Of a stretch of DNA of 64,000 nt, positions 19,014 to 29,551 are shown one piece after another; position 1 is the first letter of the stretch; each line of letters starts with the position of its first letter. Made by a program: the position numbers and the translations under genes. Source of the DNA: an uncultured bacterium (GTDB lineage: Bacteria; Abyssobacteria; SURF-5; CBDUXP01); the NCBI GenBank assembly GCA_965371225.1, contig CBDUXP010000004.1, forward strand, positions 58,624-122,623, in the 5' to 3' direction. The notes beneath the pieces were generated by a model. That model made no database searches. It had not been told where the DNA came from and saw only the letters and a program-made list of their open reading frames with translations.

Positions 19014-19508
19014 TCAATTCTGCGTGGCGGATTCGTCCGCGTCTTTCGGTTGGCCTTCCTTGCCATACAATTGCGAGAGCACGTCCATGAATTCGTCGAT
19101 ATCCTTAAACGAGCGGTACACCGACGCAAAGCGGACGTAGGCGACCTCGTCGAGTTCGCGCAAGGAATCCATCACCATCTGCCCGAGCTGCTCGCTGTTC
19201 ACTTCCTTGGCGAGACTCGTGGCGATCTTCGTTTCAATCCGATCGACCACGCTCTCCAAATGCTCCACGCTGACCGGCCGTTTCTCGCACGCCTTGAGCA
19301 TCCCGATGACGATCTTCGCCCGGTCGAAGGGTTCGCGCCGCCCATCCTTCTTCACCACCATCAACGGGATCTCTTCAATCCGTTCGTACGTGGTGAAGCG
19401 GCGACTGCACGCGAGACACTCGCGCCGCCGTCGAATCAGTTCGCCCTCTTTGATCGTGCGACTGTCGACGACTTTATCGTCTAGATGGCTGCAGAACGGA
19501 CACCGCAT
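19014..19508 (-). CDS. nrdR: Transcriptional repressor NrdR
   Basis: MRCPFC...VVDSR...IRRRREC..C..RFTTYE, ATP cone, AYVRFASVY. Confidence 0.98.
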   Translation of the reverse strand: MRCPFCSHLDDKVVDSRTIKEGELIRRRRECLACSRRFTTYERIEEIPLMVVKKDGRREPFDRAKIVIGMLKACEKRPVSVEHLESVVDRIETKIATSLAKEVNSEQLGQMVMDSLRELDEVAYVRFASVYRSFKDIDEFMDVLSQLYGKEGQPKDADESATQN

Positions 19509-19549
19509 CGTTTCCCTCGCTCAATCGTCTCCCAATCATCTAGGTTACA

Positions 19550-19666
19550 CCACAAGACCTGCCCACCGCGACTCCCGTGCCACACTATGTGGCTTGGGCC
19601 GGGGCCGGGCCTACCCTATCTTGCCCTACTTTTGCAGTTGAACCGTAACGCCACAATATCTTGGGG
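19550..19666. promoter_or_regulatory. Array of NrdR-box-like sites upstream of nrdR
   Basis: CCACAATATCTTGGGG (19651), CTACCCTATCTTGCCC (19611), CCACACTATGTGGCTT (19580) and weaker CCACAAGACCTGCCCA (19550), compared with consensus acaCwAtATaTwGtg. Confidence 0.65.
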
Positions 19667-19700
19667 CACTTGACCTTGCCGCGTGCCCGCACGGACGCCA

Positions 19701-20276
19701 TCATCCTGTGGTTTCCGGTGCCCGGTACAACACCAAACTGGTGCGCCCGTACCGTTTCACCTGCCAGAATTCCAGCCCGGGCACGTCCTCCAGGGGGAGG
19801 TCGTGGCCCCGCGGCCGTTCCACGCTCAGCACGCCGGCGGGGGCGAGCAGCGCGTGCGACCCCACGGTGTTGACGATGGCCGCCGCAAGCGCGCGGTCCG
19901 CATACGGTGGATCCGCGAGTACCACTGTCGGTGCGGGTGTCCGTTCTTGCGCCAGGACCCGGATCGCGTCTAGCGCCGCCATCGGCAGGACGCGCGCATA
20001 CGATGCGAGCCCCGTCTTCTCCAGGTTGGCTTTGATGACGTCACGACTGTTCGCAGCCGACTCCACAAAGGTGCAGAACCGGGCTCCGCGGCTGAGCGCC
20101 TCGATGCCCAGCCCGCCACTCCCCGCGCACAGGTCCAGCACGTAGGCCGCCGGGACCAGCGACTCGAGCACGGCGAAGAGCGCTTCCTTGACGCGATCGG
20201 CCGTGGGGCGCGCGGTCGCACCGGCCAGGGTGGCCAGCCGCCGCCCTTTCGCGATGCCGGTGATAACGCGGGGCAC
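19701..20276 (-). CDS. rsmD: 16S rRNA m2G966 methyltransferase
   Basis: RPT.DRVKEALF, LDL.AGSG.LG.EALSRGA, DPPY. Confidence 0.93.
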   Translation of the reverse strand: MPRVITGIAKGRRLATLAGATARPTADRVKEALFAVLESLVPAAYVLDLCAGSGGLGIEALSRGARFCTFVESAANSRDVIKANLEKTGLASYARVLPMAALDAIRVLAQERTPAPTVVLADPPYADRALAAAIVNTVGSHALLAPAGVLSVERPRGHDLPLEDVPGLEFWQVKRYGRTSLVLYRAPETTG

Positions 20277-22348
20277 TACAAAACCAGTTCGGGGCTATCC
20301 AGCATGCCCAGGCTAGCGCTTAGGCCCGCGTGGTCCGGCCAATGCAGATCCGGATCGTCTGCCAGCAGCCTGCGGGCACACTGCCCCGCCGCGTCCATGA
20401 GGTCGGCATTGTGGACCAGGTGGCCGAGGCGAATGCGCGGGATGCCGCTCTGGCGCACGCCCAGGAATTCGCCGGGGCCCCGGAGCGCCAGGTCCTCCGC
20501 CGCGATCTCGAACCCGTCAGTCGTCCGCTTCAGAATCTCGAGCCGCGCCTCCCCCGTCGTCGTGGTCGGCGTCCCGCGCAACAGGCAGAGACCCGCATGG
20601 GCCCCGCGGCCCAGGCGCCCACGCAGTTGGTGCAACTGCGCCAGGCCGAAGCGGTGGGCGTCCTCGATGACCATGACGCTCGCGTTGGGGACGTCCACCC
20701 CCACCTCGATCACCGACGTGCAGACGAGGACGTCGCTCTCGCCGGCGGCGAAGCGGCGCATGGCGGCTGATTTCTCGGCCGCGCTCATCCCGCCGTGCAG
20801 AAGGTCGAGATGGTACGCCTTCAACGGTCCGCGCCGGAGCCGGTCGATCTGCACCGTGACCGCCGTGGCGCCCTCGCTGCTTTCCGTCTCCTCTCGCGGG
20901 TGAATCAGCGGGCAGACCCAGAAGGCTTGGCGGCCGGCGTCCAGCTCGGCCTGCACGCGATGGATCCACTGCTTCCCGGGGGTGGGGCCGAGCAGTTCGG
21001 TCGCCACGGGCTGCCGCCCCGCGGGCAACTGCCGCAGCGTCAGCCGGTCGAAGTCGCCGTACAGGGTCAGTGCGAGGGTCCGGGGGATCGGCGTCGCAGT
21101 CATGACGATCAGGTGCGGCGCGATGCCTTTCTGTTGGAGGCGCGCGCGCTGGAGCACGCCGAACCGGTGCTGCTCGTCGATGATCACCAGCCCGAGCCGG
21201 GCGAAGCGGACGCCTTCGTCGAAGAGCGCCTGCGTGCCCACCACGAGGGGCACGTCCCCTTCGGCCACCCGCTCGCGGCGGAGGCGCCGGTCCGCCGCCG
21301 CCAAGCCGCCGGTGAGGGTCGTGAACTCCACGCCATGTGACCCGAGCCATTGCGCGACCGTGGCCGCGTGCTGATCCGCGAGCACTTCCGTCGGGGCCAT
21401 CAGCGCCACCTGGGCGCCCGCGCGGATGGCGGTCAACGCAGCCTGGAGCGCGAGCAGCGTCTTCCCGGTGCCCACGTCCCCTTGCAGCAGCACGTTTGCG
21501 GGTGTGGTGGCGGCCAAGCGCCCGGCCAACTCATCCCACACCCGCTCCTGATCCTCTGTCAGCGCAAAAGGCAACGCCTCCTGAAACGCCTGGCACGCCG
21601 CGGGGGCGGACAGGGCCGTCGCCCGTTCCTTGGCCGGCGCACTCGCCCGGGCTTGTTGCATGCGCAACTGGAACAGGAGGAATTCTTCAAAGATGAATCG
21701 GCGGCGCGCCACTTCGTGTTCGGCGAGGGTGTCCGGCTGGTGCATGGCCAGGAGCGCGTCCGCGAGGCTGGGGAACCCGTGAGTCTCGCGCACGTCGGGC
21801 GGCAAACCATCGGGATACGTCTGCCGTTGCGGGAGCAGCTCCCCCATCCACCCCCGAAGCTTCCGGTCGGAAATCCCCGGTGGCGTGCGATACCGGGGCA
21901 GCAGACACTGCCACCCGCCCTCGCTACTCTGCCCATCCAACACCTCCACCATTGGCGACGTCAGTTGCAGCGCGCCGCGGTACTCGCGCACGCGGCCCGT
22001 GCAGATCACGCGCTGCCCCTTCCGCAGGCTGCGGGCGAGGTAGGGCTGGTTGAACCACGCGAGCGCGATGGCGCCCGTCTCGTCCGTCAGCGTGGCGGTC
22101 ACGGGCATCCGGCGCCAGCGACCGCGGCCGCCGCCCCGGACCGGCCCGAGGGTCCCAATGAGATTGACGTCCTCGCCGACGTCGAGCCCAGCGATGGGGA
22201 CGACGGTGGAGCGGTCCGTGTACTCCCTGGGGAAGTGGTAGAGCAGGTCGGCGGGCGTGTGGATCTCAAACTCGGCGAGCCGGGTGGCCATGGCCGGGCC
22301 GAGCCCCTTCAGGTCCGTGAGACGCGCGACCGTGCTCTCGCGCGTCAG
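20276..22348 (-). CDS. recG: ATP-dependent DNA helicase RecG
   Basis: OB wedge, QGDVGTGKT, DEQHRFG, TATPIPRT, QLHQLRGR, RGPGE..G.RQSG. First ATG is at 22291, but the conserved LKGLGP lies upstream, so a CTG start at 22348 is probable. Confidence 0.95.
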   Translation of the reverse strand: MTRESTVARLTDLKGLGPAMATRLAEFEIHTPADLLYHFPREYTDRSTVVPIAGLDVGEDVNLIGTLGPVRGGGRGRWRRMPVTATLTDETGAIALAWFNQPYLARSLRKGQRVICTGRVREYRGALQLTSPMVEVLDGQSSEGGWQCLLPRYRTPPGISDRKLRGWMGELLPQRQTYPDGLPPDVRETHGFPSLADALLAMHQPDTLAEHEVARRRFIFEEFLLFQLRMQQARASAPAKERATALSAPAACQAFQEALPFALTEDQERVWDELAGRLAATTPANVLLQGDVGTGKTLLALQAALTAIRAGAQVALMAPTEVLADQHAATVAQWLGSHGVEFTTLTGGLAAADRRLRRERVAEGDVPLVVGTQALFDEGVRFARLGLVIIDEQHRFGVLQRARLQQKGIAPHLIVMTATPIPRTLALTLYGDFDRLTLRQLPAGRQPVATELLGPTPGKQWIHRVQAELDAGRQAFWVCPLIHPREETESSEGATAVTVQIDRLRRGPLKAYHLDLLHGGMSAAEKSAAMRRFAAGESDVLVCTSVIEVGVDVPNASVMVIEDAHRFGLAQLHQLRGRLGRGAHAGLCLLRGTPTTTTGEARLEILKRTTDGFEIAAEDLALRGPGEFLGVRQSGIPRIRLGHLVHNADLMDAAGQCARRLLADDPDLHWPDHAGLSASLGMLDSPELVL

Positions 22349-22349
22349 G

Positions 22350-22850
22350 TCAGCCCCCGCGCCGTTTGTCGACCGCTTCTTGGCGTTGAACGACGCTCTT
22401 GCCCAGCTCCGCCTTGTGGTCCGCGAAGGCCTGTCGCAAGCGGTCGTCGCTCAGCGCAAGCATTTGCACGGCGAGCAGCGCGGCATTCGTGGCGCCCGCC
22501 TCGCCGATGGCGACTGTGGCGACGGGCACCCCGCTCGGCATCTGCACCGTGGCATGGAGCGCATCCACCCCCTGTAGATCGGAGCTGGCGATGGGAACGC
22601 CGATGACCGGCAGCGTCGTATGCGAAGCGATCACGCCGGCCAAATGCGCCGCATAACCGGCGCCGGCGATGATGACCTTCGTACCGCGCTCCGCTGCGCC
22701 CTTTGCGAACGCGGCCGTCTCGTCGGGGCTGCGATGCGCCGAGAGAACGCGCACTTCATGGTCCACGCCGAACTGCTCGAGCGTGTCCGCCGCACGCGCC
22801 ATCACGTCGTAGTCCGACTCGCTGCCCATCACGATTACAACGGTGGCCAT
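22350..22850 (-). CDS. purE: N5-CAIR mutase / AIR carboxylase
   Basis: MGSESD, SAHRSP, AAHLAG, QMP.GVPVAT. Confidence 0.97.
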   Translation of the reverse strand: MATVVIVMGSESDYDVMARAADTLEQFGVDHEVRVLSAHRSPDETAAFAKGAAERGTKVIIAGAGYAAHLAGVIASHTTLPVIGVPIASSDLQGVDALHATVQMPSGVPVATVAIGEAGATNAALLAVQMLALSDDRLRQAFADHKAELGKSVVQRQEAVDKRRGG

Positions 22851-22864
22851 CCCAGTGCGTTTCC

Positions 22865-24145
22865 CTACGCCGACACGCGCGCCAACGCGCGGTGCCCGAT
22901 GTCGCGGCGACAGTACTTCCCCTCAAATGCGATGCGGTCCGCCGCGGCGTACGCGCGCGTGAGGGCCTCGCGCAGGTCGCTCCCCAGCGCCGTCACGCCG
23001 AGCACGCGGCCCCCGTTCGTGACCACATCGCCATCCGTCAGGGAACTCGCGGCATGGAAAACCACCACGCTTGGTATCTCTGCCGCGTCGTCAAGGCCGG
23101 TCATCGGCAGCCCCTTCTGGTAGGTCCCGGGATAGCCCCCGGAGGCGAGCACGACACACACGGCCGCATCCTCCCGCCAGGTTACCGCATGGTCGGCGAG
23201 GGTGCCGTCAGTAGCCGCCACGAGCAGGGGGAGCAAGTCGCTTTCCATCCGCGGCAGGAGGACCTGGCACTCCGGATCCCCGAACCGGCAGTTGAACTCC
23301 AGCACGTACGGCACCCCCCCGCAAATCATCAGGCCGGCATACAGCACGCCGACGAACGGCGCGCCCCGGTTCGCGAGGGCGTCGATCACGGGCTGCATGA
23401 CCGAGCGTGCAATGTCATCGAGCATCGCCTCATCCACCACCGGCGCGGGGGAATAGGCGCCCATGCCGCCGGTGTTCGGGCCGGTGTCCCCCTCCCCGAT
23501 CCGTTTGTGGTCCTGGGACGTGGCGAGCGTGATGATGTGATGCCCGTCGGAGATGCCGAACACGCTGCACTCTTCACCGTCGAGGAACTGCTCCACCAGG
23601 ATCGTGGCGCCACTGTCGCCGAACACCCTGTCGCGCAGGGCCGCATCGATCGCGACCTGCGCCTGCTCCAAGGTCTCGCAAATGGTCACGCCTTTGCCGG
23701 CCGCCAACCCGTCCGCCTTGATCGCGAGGGGCGCGCCCATCTGCTGGGCGTACGCCCAGGCCGCGTCCGGATCCGCGAATGTCTCGGCGGCGGCGGTGCG
23801 TACTCCGGCGGTGTGCATGATGTCTTTGGCGAAGGCTTTGCTGCCTTCGATCCGTGCCGCGGCGGCGCTTGGCCCGAACGCGGTGATGCCTGCGGCTGCC
23901 AGCGCGTCTACCACGCCGTTACAGAGGGGCGCCTCGGGACTGACCACCACCAGGTCAATGCGATGCTCGCGGGCGAGGCCCACCACGGCGGCATTGTCCA
24001 GAATATCCACGGGAACGCACTCCGCCACGGCTGCGATGCCGGCATTCCCCGGCGCGCACACCAGGTGTTCGCATTCGGGGCTCTGGGCAATCTTCCAGGC
24101 CAGGGTGTGGGCGCGACCGTCGCCGCCGAGAATGAGGACGCGCAT
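22865..24145 (-). CDS. purD: Phosphoribosylamine-glycine ligase
   Basis: [22 protein letters not shown]...[18 protein letters not shown]. Confidence 0.97.
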   Translation of the reverse strand: MRVLILGGDGRAHTLAWKIAQSPECEHLVCAPGNAGIAAVAECVPVDILDNAAVVGLAREHRIDLVVVSPEAPLCNGVVDALAAAGITAFGPSAAAARIEGSKAFAKDIMHTAGVRTAAAETFADPDAAWAYAQQMGAPLAIKADGLAAGKGVTICETLEQAQVAIDAALRDRVFGDSGATILVEQFLDGEECSVFGISDGHHIITLATSQDHKRIGEGDTGPNTGGMGAYSPAPVVDEAMLDDIARSVMQPVIDALANRGAPFVGVLYAGLMICGGVPYVLEFNCRFGDPECQVLLPRMESDLLPLLVAATDGTLADHAVTWREDAAVCVVLASGGYPGTYQKGLPMTGLDDAAEIPSVVVFHAASSLTDGDVVTNGGRVLGVTALGSDLREALTRAYAAADRIAFEGKYCRRDIGHRALARVSA

Positions 24146-24147
24146 GC

Positions 24148-25719
24148 CTAATGCCGGAAGTGGCGCATGCCGGTAAACACCATGGCGAGACCGTGTTCGT
24201 CGGCCGCGGCGATCACATCCTCGTCCCCCTTCGAGCCGCCCGGTTGGATGATCGCGGTCACCCCGGCCGCCGCCGCAGTATCGATGCCGTCGCGGAACGG
24301 GAAGAATGCGTCGGAGGCGAGCACGGCGCCCCGCGCGCGGTCGCCGGCCTTCTGCACCGCGAGTTCGCTGGCGTCCACACGGCTCATCTGCCCGGCCCCC
24401 GCGCCAACCAGCGTCTGGCCCTGCGCGAGCACGATGGCGTTGGATTTCACGTGCTTGCAAACGATCCAGGCGAATTGCAACGCCTCGCGCTCCTCGTCCG
24501 AGATGCCCCGTTCCGTGACCTGTTGCCAGTCCTCGGGTGCGACGCTGCCGGTATCGTAGCCTTGCACCAGGAGGCCGCCTGAGACGCGCCGCACGTTCGG
24601 CATGCCGTCTTGCAGCTTCGCCATGTCACCAACGGCCAGCAGACGCACGCTCTCCCCCCACCACCGGCTGGTCTGGAGCAGTTCGATCGCAGCGGGGCTG
24701 AACCCCGGCGCGACGATGGCTTCGACGAAGCGGTTTTCCTTTGCAATGCGCGCGGCCAGGGGCCGGTCGACCGCGCGGTTGAAACCCTGGACGCTGCCGA
24801 AGGCGCTCTTGGGATCGCCTGCCGACGCCCGCCCGTAGGCCTCGTCGATGGATTCGCCCGCGCCGGCCCCGCAGGGATTCGTGTGCTTCACGATCGCCGC
24901 CGCCGGGATCGAGAAGTCCGCTACGAGGCGGAGTGCCGCGTCCAGGTCCAAGTAGTTGATGTAGGACAGGGGTTTACCGGCCAGGACCTCCGCCGTGGCC
25001 AAGCCCACGTCCTGGGAACCCGGGTCGCGGTAGAACGCGCCCGTCTGGTGCGGGTTTTCCCCGTACCGCAGGTCCTGCACCTTCTGGAGGGCCAGGGTCA
25101 GCCGCTCGGGATACTCCGACCCGTTTGCGGAAATCCCCGCAAAATAGGTCGCAATGGCGGCATCGTAGGCGGCGGTGTACGCGAACACCTTTTGGGCCAG
25201 CCGCCGGCGCGTGCCCAGGGTGACGGTGCGCTGGTTGCCGCGCATCTCGGCCAGCACCACGTCGTAGTCCCGCGGATCGGTGAGCACCGTGACGCTCTCG
25301 TGGTTCTTCGCCGCCGAGCGCAGCATGCTCGGGCCGCCGATGTCGATGTCCTCGATCGCCTCGGCCACGGTGGCGTCCGGCTTCGCGACCGTCTCCTGAA
25401 AGGGATAGAGATTCACCACGATCAGATCGATCATCCCGATGCCGTGCTGCTTGGCCGCAGCCATGTGCTCCGGCTTGTCCCGCAGGGCGAGCAACCCGCC
25501 GTGGATTTTCGGGTGCAGGGTCTTCACCCGGCCATCCATCATCTCCGGGAACCCCGTGTACTCCGCCACCGGCGTCACCGGCAGCCCCGCGTCTTCGAGC
25601 GCCGTCTTGGTGCCGCCCGTAGACAACAGCTCGACGCCGAACCGGTGCAGGGCGGTGGCCAGCTCGACGATGCCCGCCTTGTCATACACGCTGAAGAGCG
25701 CGCGCCGAATCGGTCTCAC
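24148..25719 (-). CDS. purH: Bifunctional AICAR transformylase/IMP cyclohydrolase
   Basis: STGGT, GRVKTLHP, IDIGGP, RYGENPHQ, RHFRH; GTG start overlapping the purQ stop. Confidence 0.97.
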   Translation of the reverse strand: MRPIRRALFSVYDKAGIVELATALHRFGVELLSTGGTKTALEDAGLPVTPVAEYTGFPEMMDGRVKTLHPKIHGGLLALRDKPEHMAAAKQHGIGMIDLIVVNLYPFQETVAKPDATVAEAIEDIDIGGPSMLRSAAKNHESVTVLTDPRDYDVVLAEMRGNQRTVTLGTRRRLAQKVFAYTAAYDAAIATYFAGISANGSEYPERLTLALQKVQDLRYGENPHQTGAFYRDPGSQDVGLATAEVLAGKPLSYINYLDLDAALRLVADFSIPAAAIVKHTNPCGAGAGESIDEAYGRASAGDPKSAFGSVQGFNRAVDRPLAARIAKENRFVEAIVAPGFSPAAIELLQTSRWWGESVRLLAVGDMAKLQDGMPNVRRVSGGLLVQGYDTGSVAPEDWQQVTERGISDEEREALQFAWIVCKHVKSNAIVLAQGQTLVGAGAGQMSRVDASELAVQKAGDRARGAVLASDAFFPFRDGIDTAAAAGVTAIIQPGGSKGDEDVIAAADEHGLAMVFTGMRHFRH

Positions 25720-26555
25720 GAGGCCTTGCTCCACGTCCGGCGCTTCCGCCGGGCGGCGTATTGTACGGCGTTTCGGAAAATGGCGACCCCCTGGCCCAGG
25801 GCCGGGACCCGTTCGCGGGTCCACCGGGGGTGGTTGGTGCGGTACAGATAACCCTCCGGGTGCGGCATGAGACCGAAGACGCGGCCGGTCGGGTCGCACA
25901 GCCCGGCGATGCCGGCCACCGACCCGTTGGGGTTGCCGGGGTACTCGGCCGGCTCCCCCTCCGGGCCCACGTACCGCAGGGGGATCAGGTGGTGCTCCTC
26001 CAAGGTCCGAAGGAGCCGCTTGTCCTTGGGGATCACCTTGCCCTCGCCGTGGCGCACCGGCAGATACAGCCCCGGGAGCTTGCGCGTGAAGACGCAGGGC
26101 GACTCGGGGTCCGCCGCCATGTGGACCCAGCGATCCTCGAACCGGCCAGAGTCGTTGAACGTGACCGTGGCCTCCTGGCGCCCGCGCCGGCCCCCCGTTG
26201 CGGGGAGCAGCCCCATCTTGACCAATACCTGGAACCCATTGCAAATACCGAGGATAAGCTTTTCCTCTTCAAGGAATTCATGAATGGACCCGGCCAGGTG
26301 CACAGTGAGCTTGTTCGCCAGCACGCGGCCGGCCGCAATGTTATCACCGAAGGAAAACCCGCCGGGCACCACGAAGATGTCGTAGTCGTGGAGGTGGCGG
26401 CCATCGGGCCCGCTGGGGTCGATGAGGTCGTTCACGTGCACGCGTTCGGCCTGGGCGCCGACCGGCGCCATCGTGAAGGCGTGCTCGGTTTCGTAGTCGC
26501 AGTTGATGCCGTACCCCGTGAGCACCAGCACCCGCACGTGACTCGCGTCTACCAT
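25716..26555 (-). CDS. purQ: FGAM synthase glutaminase subunit
   Basis: GGFSFGD, GICNGFQ, HGEG, MPHPE. Confidence 0.96.
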   Translation of the reverse strand: MVDASHVRVLVLTGYGINCDYETEHAFTMAPVGAQAERVHVNDLIDPSGPDGRHLHDYDIFVVPGGFSFGDNIAAGRVLANKLTVHLAGSIHEFLEEEKLILGICNGFQVLVKMGLLPATGGRRGRQEATVTFNDSGRFEDRWVHMAADPESPCVFTRKLPGLYLPVRHGEGKVIPKDKRLLRTLEEHHLIPLRYVGPEGEPAEYPGNPNGSVAGIAGLCDPTGRVFGLMPHPEGYLYRTNHPRWTRERVPALGQGVAIFRNAVQYAARRKRRTWSKAS

Positions 26556-29551
26556 GCCAGCGGCTCCTGCCAGGCGGCCTTCAGCCCGGCGATATCCTCC
26601 CGCACGACGACCTGCCCGCCGAGCCCCACGATCGCGAAATCGGGTTTGCGCGTTACCGCCCCCACGCAGCGGGTTCCCGTGCCGCGCATGGCCCGCGCGA
26701 AGGATTCCCGATCCGCCTTCGCAACGGTCACCACGAAGCGACTCTGGGATTCGGAGAACAAGAGAAAGTCGTCGCGCTCCACGTCGGCCCGGAGCACCTT
26801 GCGCAGGTCCACCCGCATGCCCAGCCCCCCGGCGAACGCCGTCTCGGCCAGGGCCACGCCCAGGCCCCCGTCACTGCAGTCGTGACACGAGCGCACGAGC
26901 CCGCGCCTGATCGCCTTGGTCAGCGCCCGGTACCGCTTTTTCGCCGCGGTGGTGTCCACTGTTGGTACCCGGGCGCCCAGCCGACCGCGCTCGGCGGCGT
27001 ATTCGCTGCCGCCCAGGTGAGCCGCGGTCTCGCCCACCACGTACACCAGATCCCCCGCCCGTTTGGCGTCCATGGTCACCGCCTGCTCGACGTCGGGCAT
27101 CACGCCGATCACGGAGAACAGCAGCGTCGGCGGGATGGAGATCTTGCGGTCGCCGATGCGGTAGTCGTTCTTCATGCTGTCTTTGCCGGAGATGCAGGGC
27201 ACCCCGTACGCGGTGCAGACGTCGTAGAGCGCCTGGTTGGCGCGTACCAGTTGCGCCATCTTGTACTCGGCATCCGGCGTTTGCGGCGACGGGACCGGGT
27301 CCGGCCAGCAGAAATTGTCCAGGCCCGCCATGTGGTCTAGGCTGCCGCCGACGCAGACAGCATTGCGCACCGCCTCGTCCACTGCGGCGGCGGCCATGTG
27401 GTAGGCGTCCAGGTCGCTGTACCGCGGACACAGGCCGCTGGCGACCACCACCCCGTCGGGCCGTTCGCCGAGGGGCCGCAACACCGCCGCGTCGCCTGGT
27501 CCGTCATCGGCTGCGCCCACAAAGGGTTTGATCGCGCTCGCCCCCTGCACCTCGTGGTCGTACTGCCGCACGAAGGTCTCCTTGCTGCACACGTTCAGGC
27601 GGCCGAGGATCCGCTTGAGCGTGGCCCCCAGGTCCGGTGGTTCCGGCAAGTCGTCCAGGGGTTCGCCGGGTGGGGGCACCCACGTGGCGGGCAGGTCCAG
27701 TTGTGGTACCCCGTCGTGGAAAAACGCCATGTCCAGGGCGGCTACGACCTTCCCGCCAAACCGCGCGATGAACTGGCCGGAGGCGGTGAACTCGCCCAGG
27801 GCGGTGACTGTCACGTCGCGGCGCGCCGCCAGGGCTTGGAACGCCGCCCAACAGTCCGGCGGCACGGCGAGGGTCATCCGCTCCTGCGCCTCTGAGAGCA
27901 GGATTTCCCACGGTTGCAGGCCCGCATACTTCAGGGGCGCGCGGTCCAGGTGCAACTCGCACCCGCCGGGCGCCTGCGCCATTTCGCCGACGGAGGATGA
28001 GAGCCCCCCCGCACCGTTGTCCGTGATGCAGGTGTACAAGCCGCGGTCCCGCGCCTCCAGCAGAAAGTCCGTCATCTTCTTCTGCACGATGGGGTCGCCG
28101 ATCTGCACGGCGGACACCGGGGAGCCCTCGTGCAGTTCCTCGGACGAGAACGTGGCGCCGTGGATGCCGTCCTTGCCGATGTCGCCCCCGGCCATGACGA
28201 TCAAATCACCGGGTCGGGCGCGCTTCTCGTGGCCCGGTGTGCCCGCAATCGTGGCCGGCAGCAGGCCGCCCGTGCCGCAGAACACGAGGGGTTTGCCGAG
28301 GAAACGCTCGTCGAACACGATGCTGCCGTTCACGTCCGGGATCCCGCTTTGGTTCGCGCCATCTCGGACTCCGCGATGGACGCCCTTGAAAATCCGTTTC
28401 GGGTGCAGCAGCCGGGGAGGCAGGGGGCCGTCGTGGTTCGGCGGGGCGAAGCAGAACGTGTCCGTATTGAAGATCAGGCGTGCCCCGCGGCCGGTACCGA
28501 AAGGATCCCGGTTGCACCCGACGATGCCGGTCAGCGCGCCGCCGTAGGGATCGAGTGCGGACGGGCTGTTGTGAGTTTCCACCTTCATCACGAGCGACCA
28601 GTCGTCCGTGAAGCGAATCACCCCCGCATTGTCGTGGAACACGGACAGGAGCCAGTCCACGTCCTTCGCAATGCGCTCGGTGCCGCCGCGGATGTAGGTG
28701 TTGAAAAGGCTGTCGATGGTTTGTCGCGTCCCGCTGCCATCGTCATAGCGGACGCGGGCGGCGAAGATTTTGTGCTTGCAGTGCTCGGACCAGGTTTGGG
28801 CCAGGGCCTCCAATTCCACGTCCGTCGGCTCGGGCCCCAGGCCCAGGGCGGCGCGCCGCTCGCGGACGTCAGGCTCCCGGTAATGGGCCTGAATGGCTTC
28901 CATCTCGGCGACGGACAGCGCGAGCATGCGCTCTTGGCTCATCGCCCGCAGCGCGTCCGGGGGGAGGTCCAGGCTGATGCGTTCGACCCGCGGCGGCACG
29001 GGCGTGAAGTCGGCGGGCGGTTCCAAGGTCTCGCCACCGGCTCGCACGTACTGCGCGCCGGTCAGGACGGCCCATCGTTCGATCAGCTCGTTGGCGAGGA
29101 GGTCGCGGGCGACGCGCTCCACCTCTTCGGCCGTCAGGCTGCCCCTGATGCGAAATTGGGTCGCCGTGTGGACCACCAGGCCCCGGGCGCCGGGTCCCAG
29201 CGTGTCGCGCAACCCGTCGGCCACGGTCCGCGCCACGTTGTCGGTGACGCCGGGCCGGAACCCGACCTCGATGACCCAGTCCGCCTTGCCGCCCAGCGGC
29301 TCGTTGATGGTGGAGCGCTCGCTGACCGGGTCGGTAAGCAGGCAGGTCCGAATGCGTTCGGCATCGGCCGGGGTGAGCGGCCCGAGGATATTCGTGATGC
29401 GCACGATGCGCACGGCCCGCGCGTCCAGGCCAAGGTCCTCGGCCATCGCGTCCCGCACTGCGGCACCCGCCGCATCGAACATGGACGGCTTGAGGGCGAC
29501 TTCAAATCGGGTGAGCGCACGCACGGCGGGGCGGACACGCCGTTCAGCCAT
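26549..29551 (-). CDS. purL: FGAM synthase PurL with N-terminal PurS-like extension
   Basis: WSEHCKH, ETHNSPS, D.GAGG, SEAQER, ISGKDS; N-terminal ~170 aa with a PGVTD motif. Confidence 0.95.
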   Translation of the reverse strand: MAERRVRPAVRALTRFEVALKPSMFDAAGAAVRDAMAEDLGLDARAVRIVRITNILGPLTPADAERIRTCLLTDPVSERSTINEPLGGKADWVIEVGFRPGVTDNVARTVADGLRDTLGPGARGLVVHTATQFRIRGSLTAEEVERVARDLLANELIERWAVLTGAQYVRAGGETLEPPADFTPVPPRVERISLDLPPDALRAMSQERMLALSVAEMEAIQAHYREPDVRERRAALGLGPEPTDVELEALAQTWSEHCKHKIFAARVRYDDGSGTRQTIDSLFNTYIRGGTERIAKDVDWLLSVFHDNAGVIRFTDDWSLVMKVETHNSPSALDPYGGALTGIVGCNRDPFGTGRGARLIFNTDTFCFAPPNHDGPLPPRLLHPKRIFKGVHRGVRDGANQSGIPDVNGSIVFDERFLGKPLVFCGTGGLLPATIAGTPGHEKRARPGDLIVMAGGDIGKDGIHGATFSSEELHEGSPVSAVQIGDPIVQKKMTDFLLEARDRGLYTCITDNGAGGLSSSVGEMAQAPGGCELHLDRAPLKYAGLQPWEILLSEAQERMTLAVPPDCWAAFQALAARRDVTVTALGEFTASGQFIARFGGKVVAALDMAFFHDGVPQLDLPATWVPPPGEPLDDLPEPPDLGATLKRILGRLNVCSKETFVRQYDHEVQGASAIKPFVGAADDGPGDAAVLRPLGERPDGVVVASGLCPRYSDLDAYHMAAAAVDEAVRNAVCVGGSLDHMAGLDNFCWPDPVPSPQTPDAEYKMAQLVRANQALYDVCTAYGVPCISGKDSMKNDYRIGDRKISIPPTLLFSVIGVMPDVEQAVTMDAKRAGDLVYVVGETAAHLGGSEYAAERGRLGARVPTVDTTAAKKRYRALTKAIRRGLVRSCHDCSDGGLGVALAETAFAGGLGMRVDLRKVLRADVERDDFLLFSESQSRFVVTVAKADRESFARAMRGTGTRCVGAVTRKPDFAIVGLGGQVVVREDIAGLKAAWQEPLAW

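Noticed and set aside
24148-26244. Long N-terminal extensions in the ORF track for purH (also purD, purF, purC, kdsA, pdxA, lexA)
   Set aside because: They overlap upstream genes or promoters; conserved N-termini and stop/start coupling give shorter starts, so they are not fusions.
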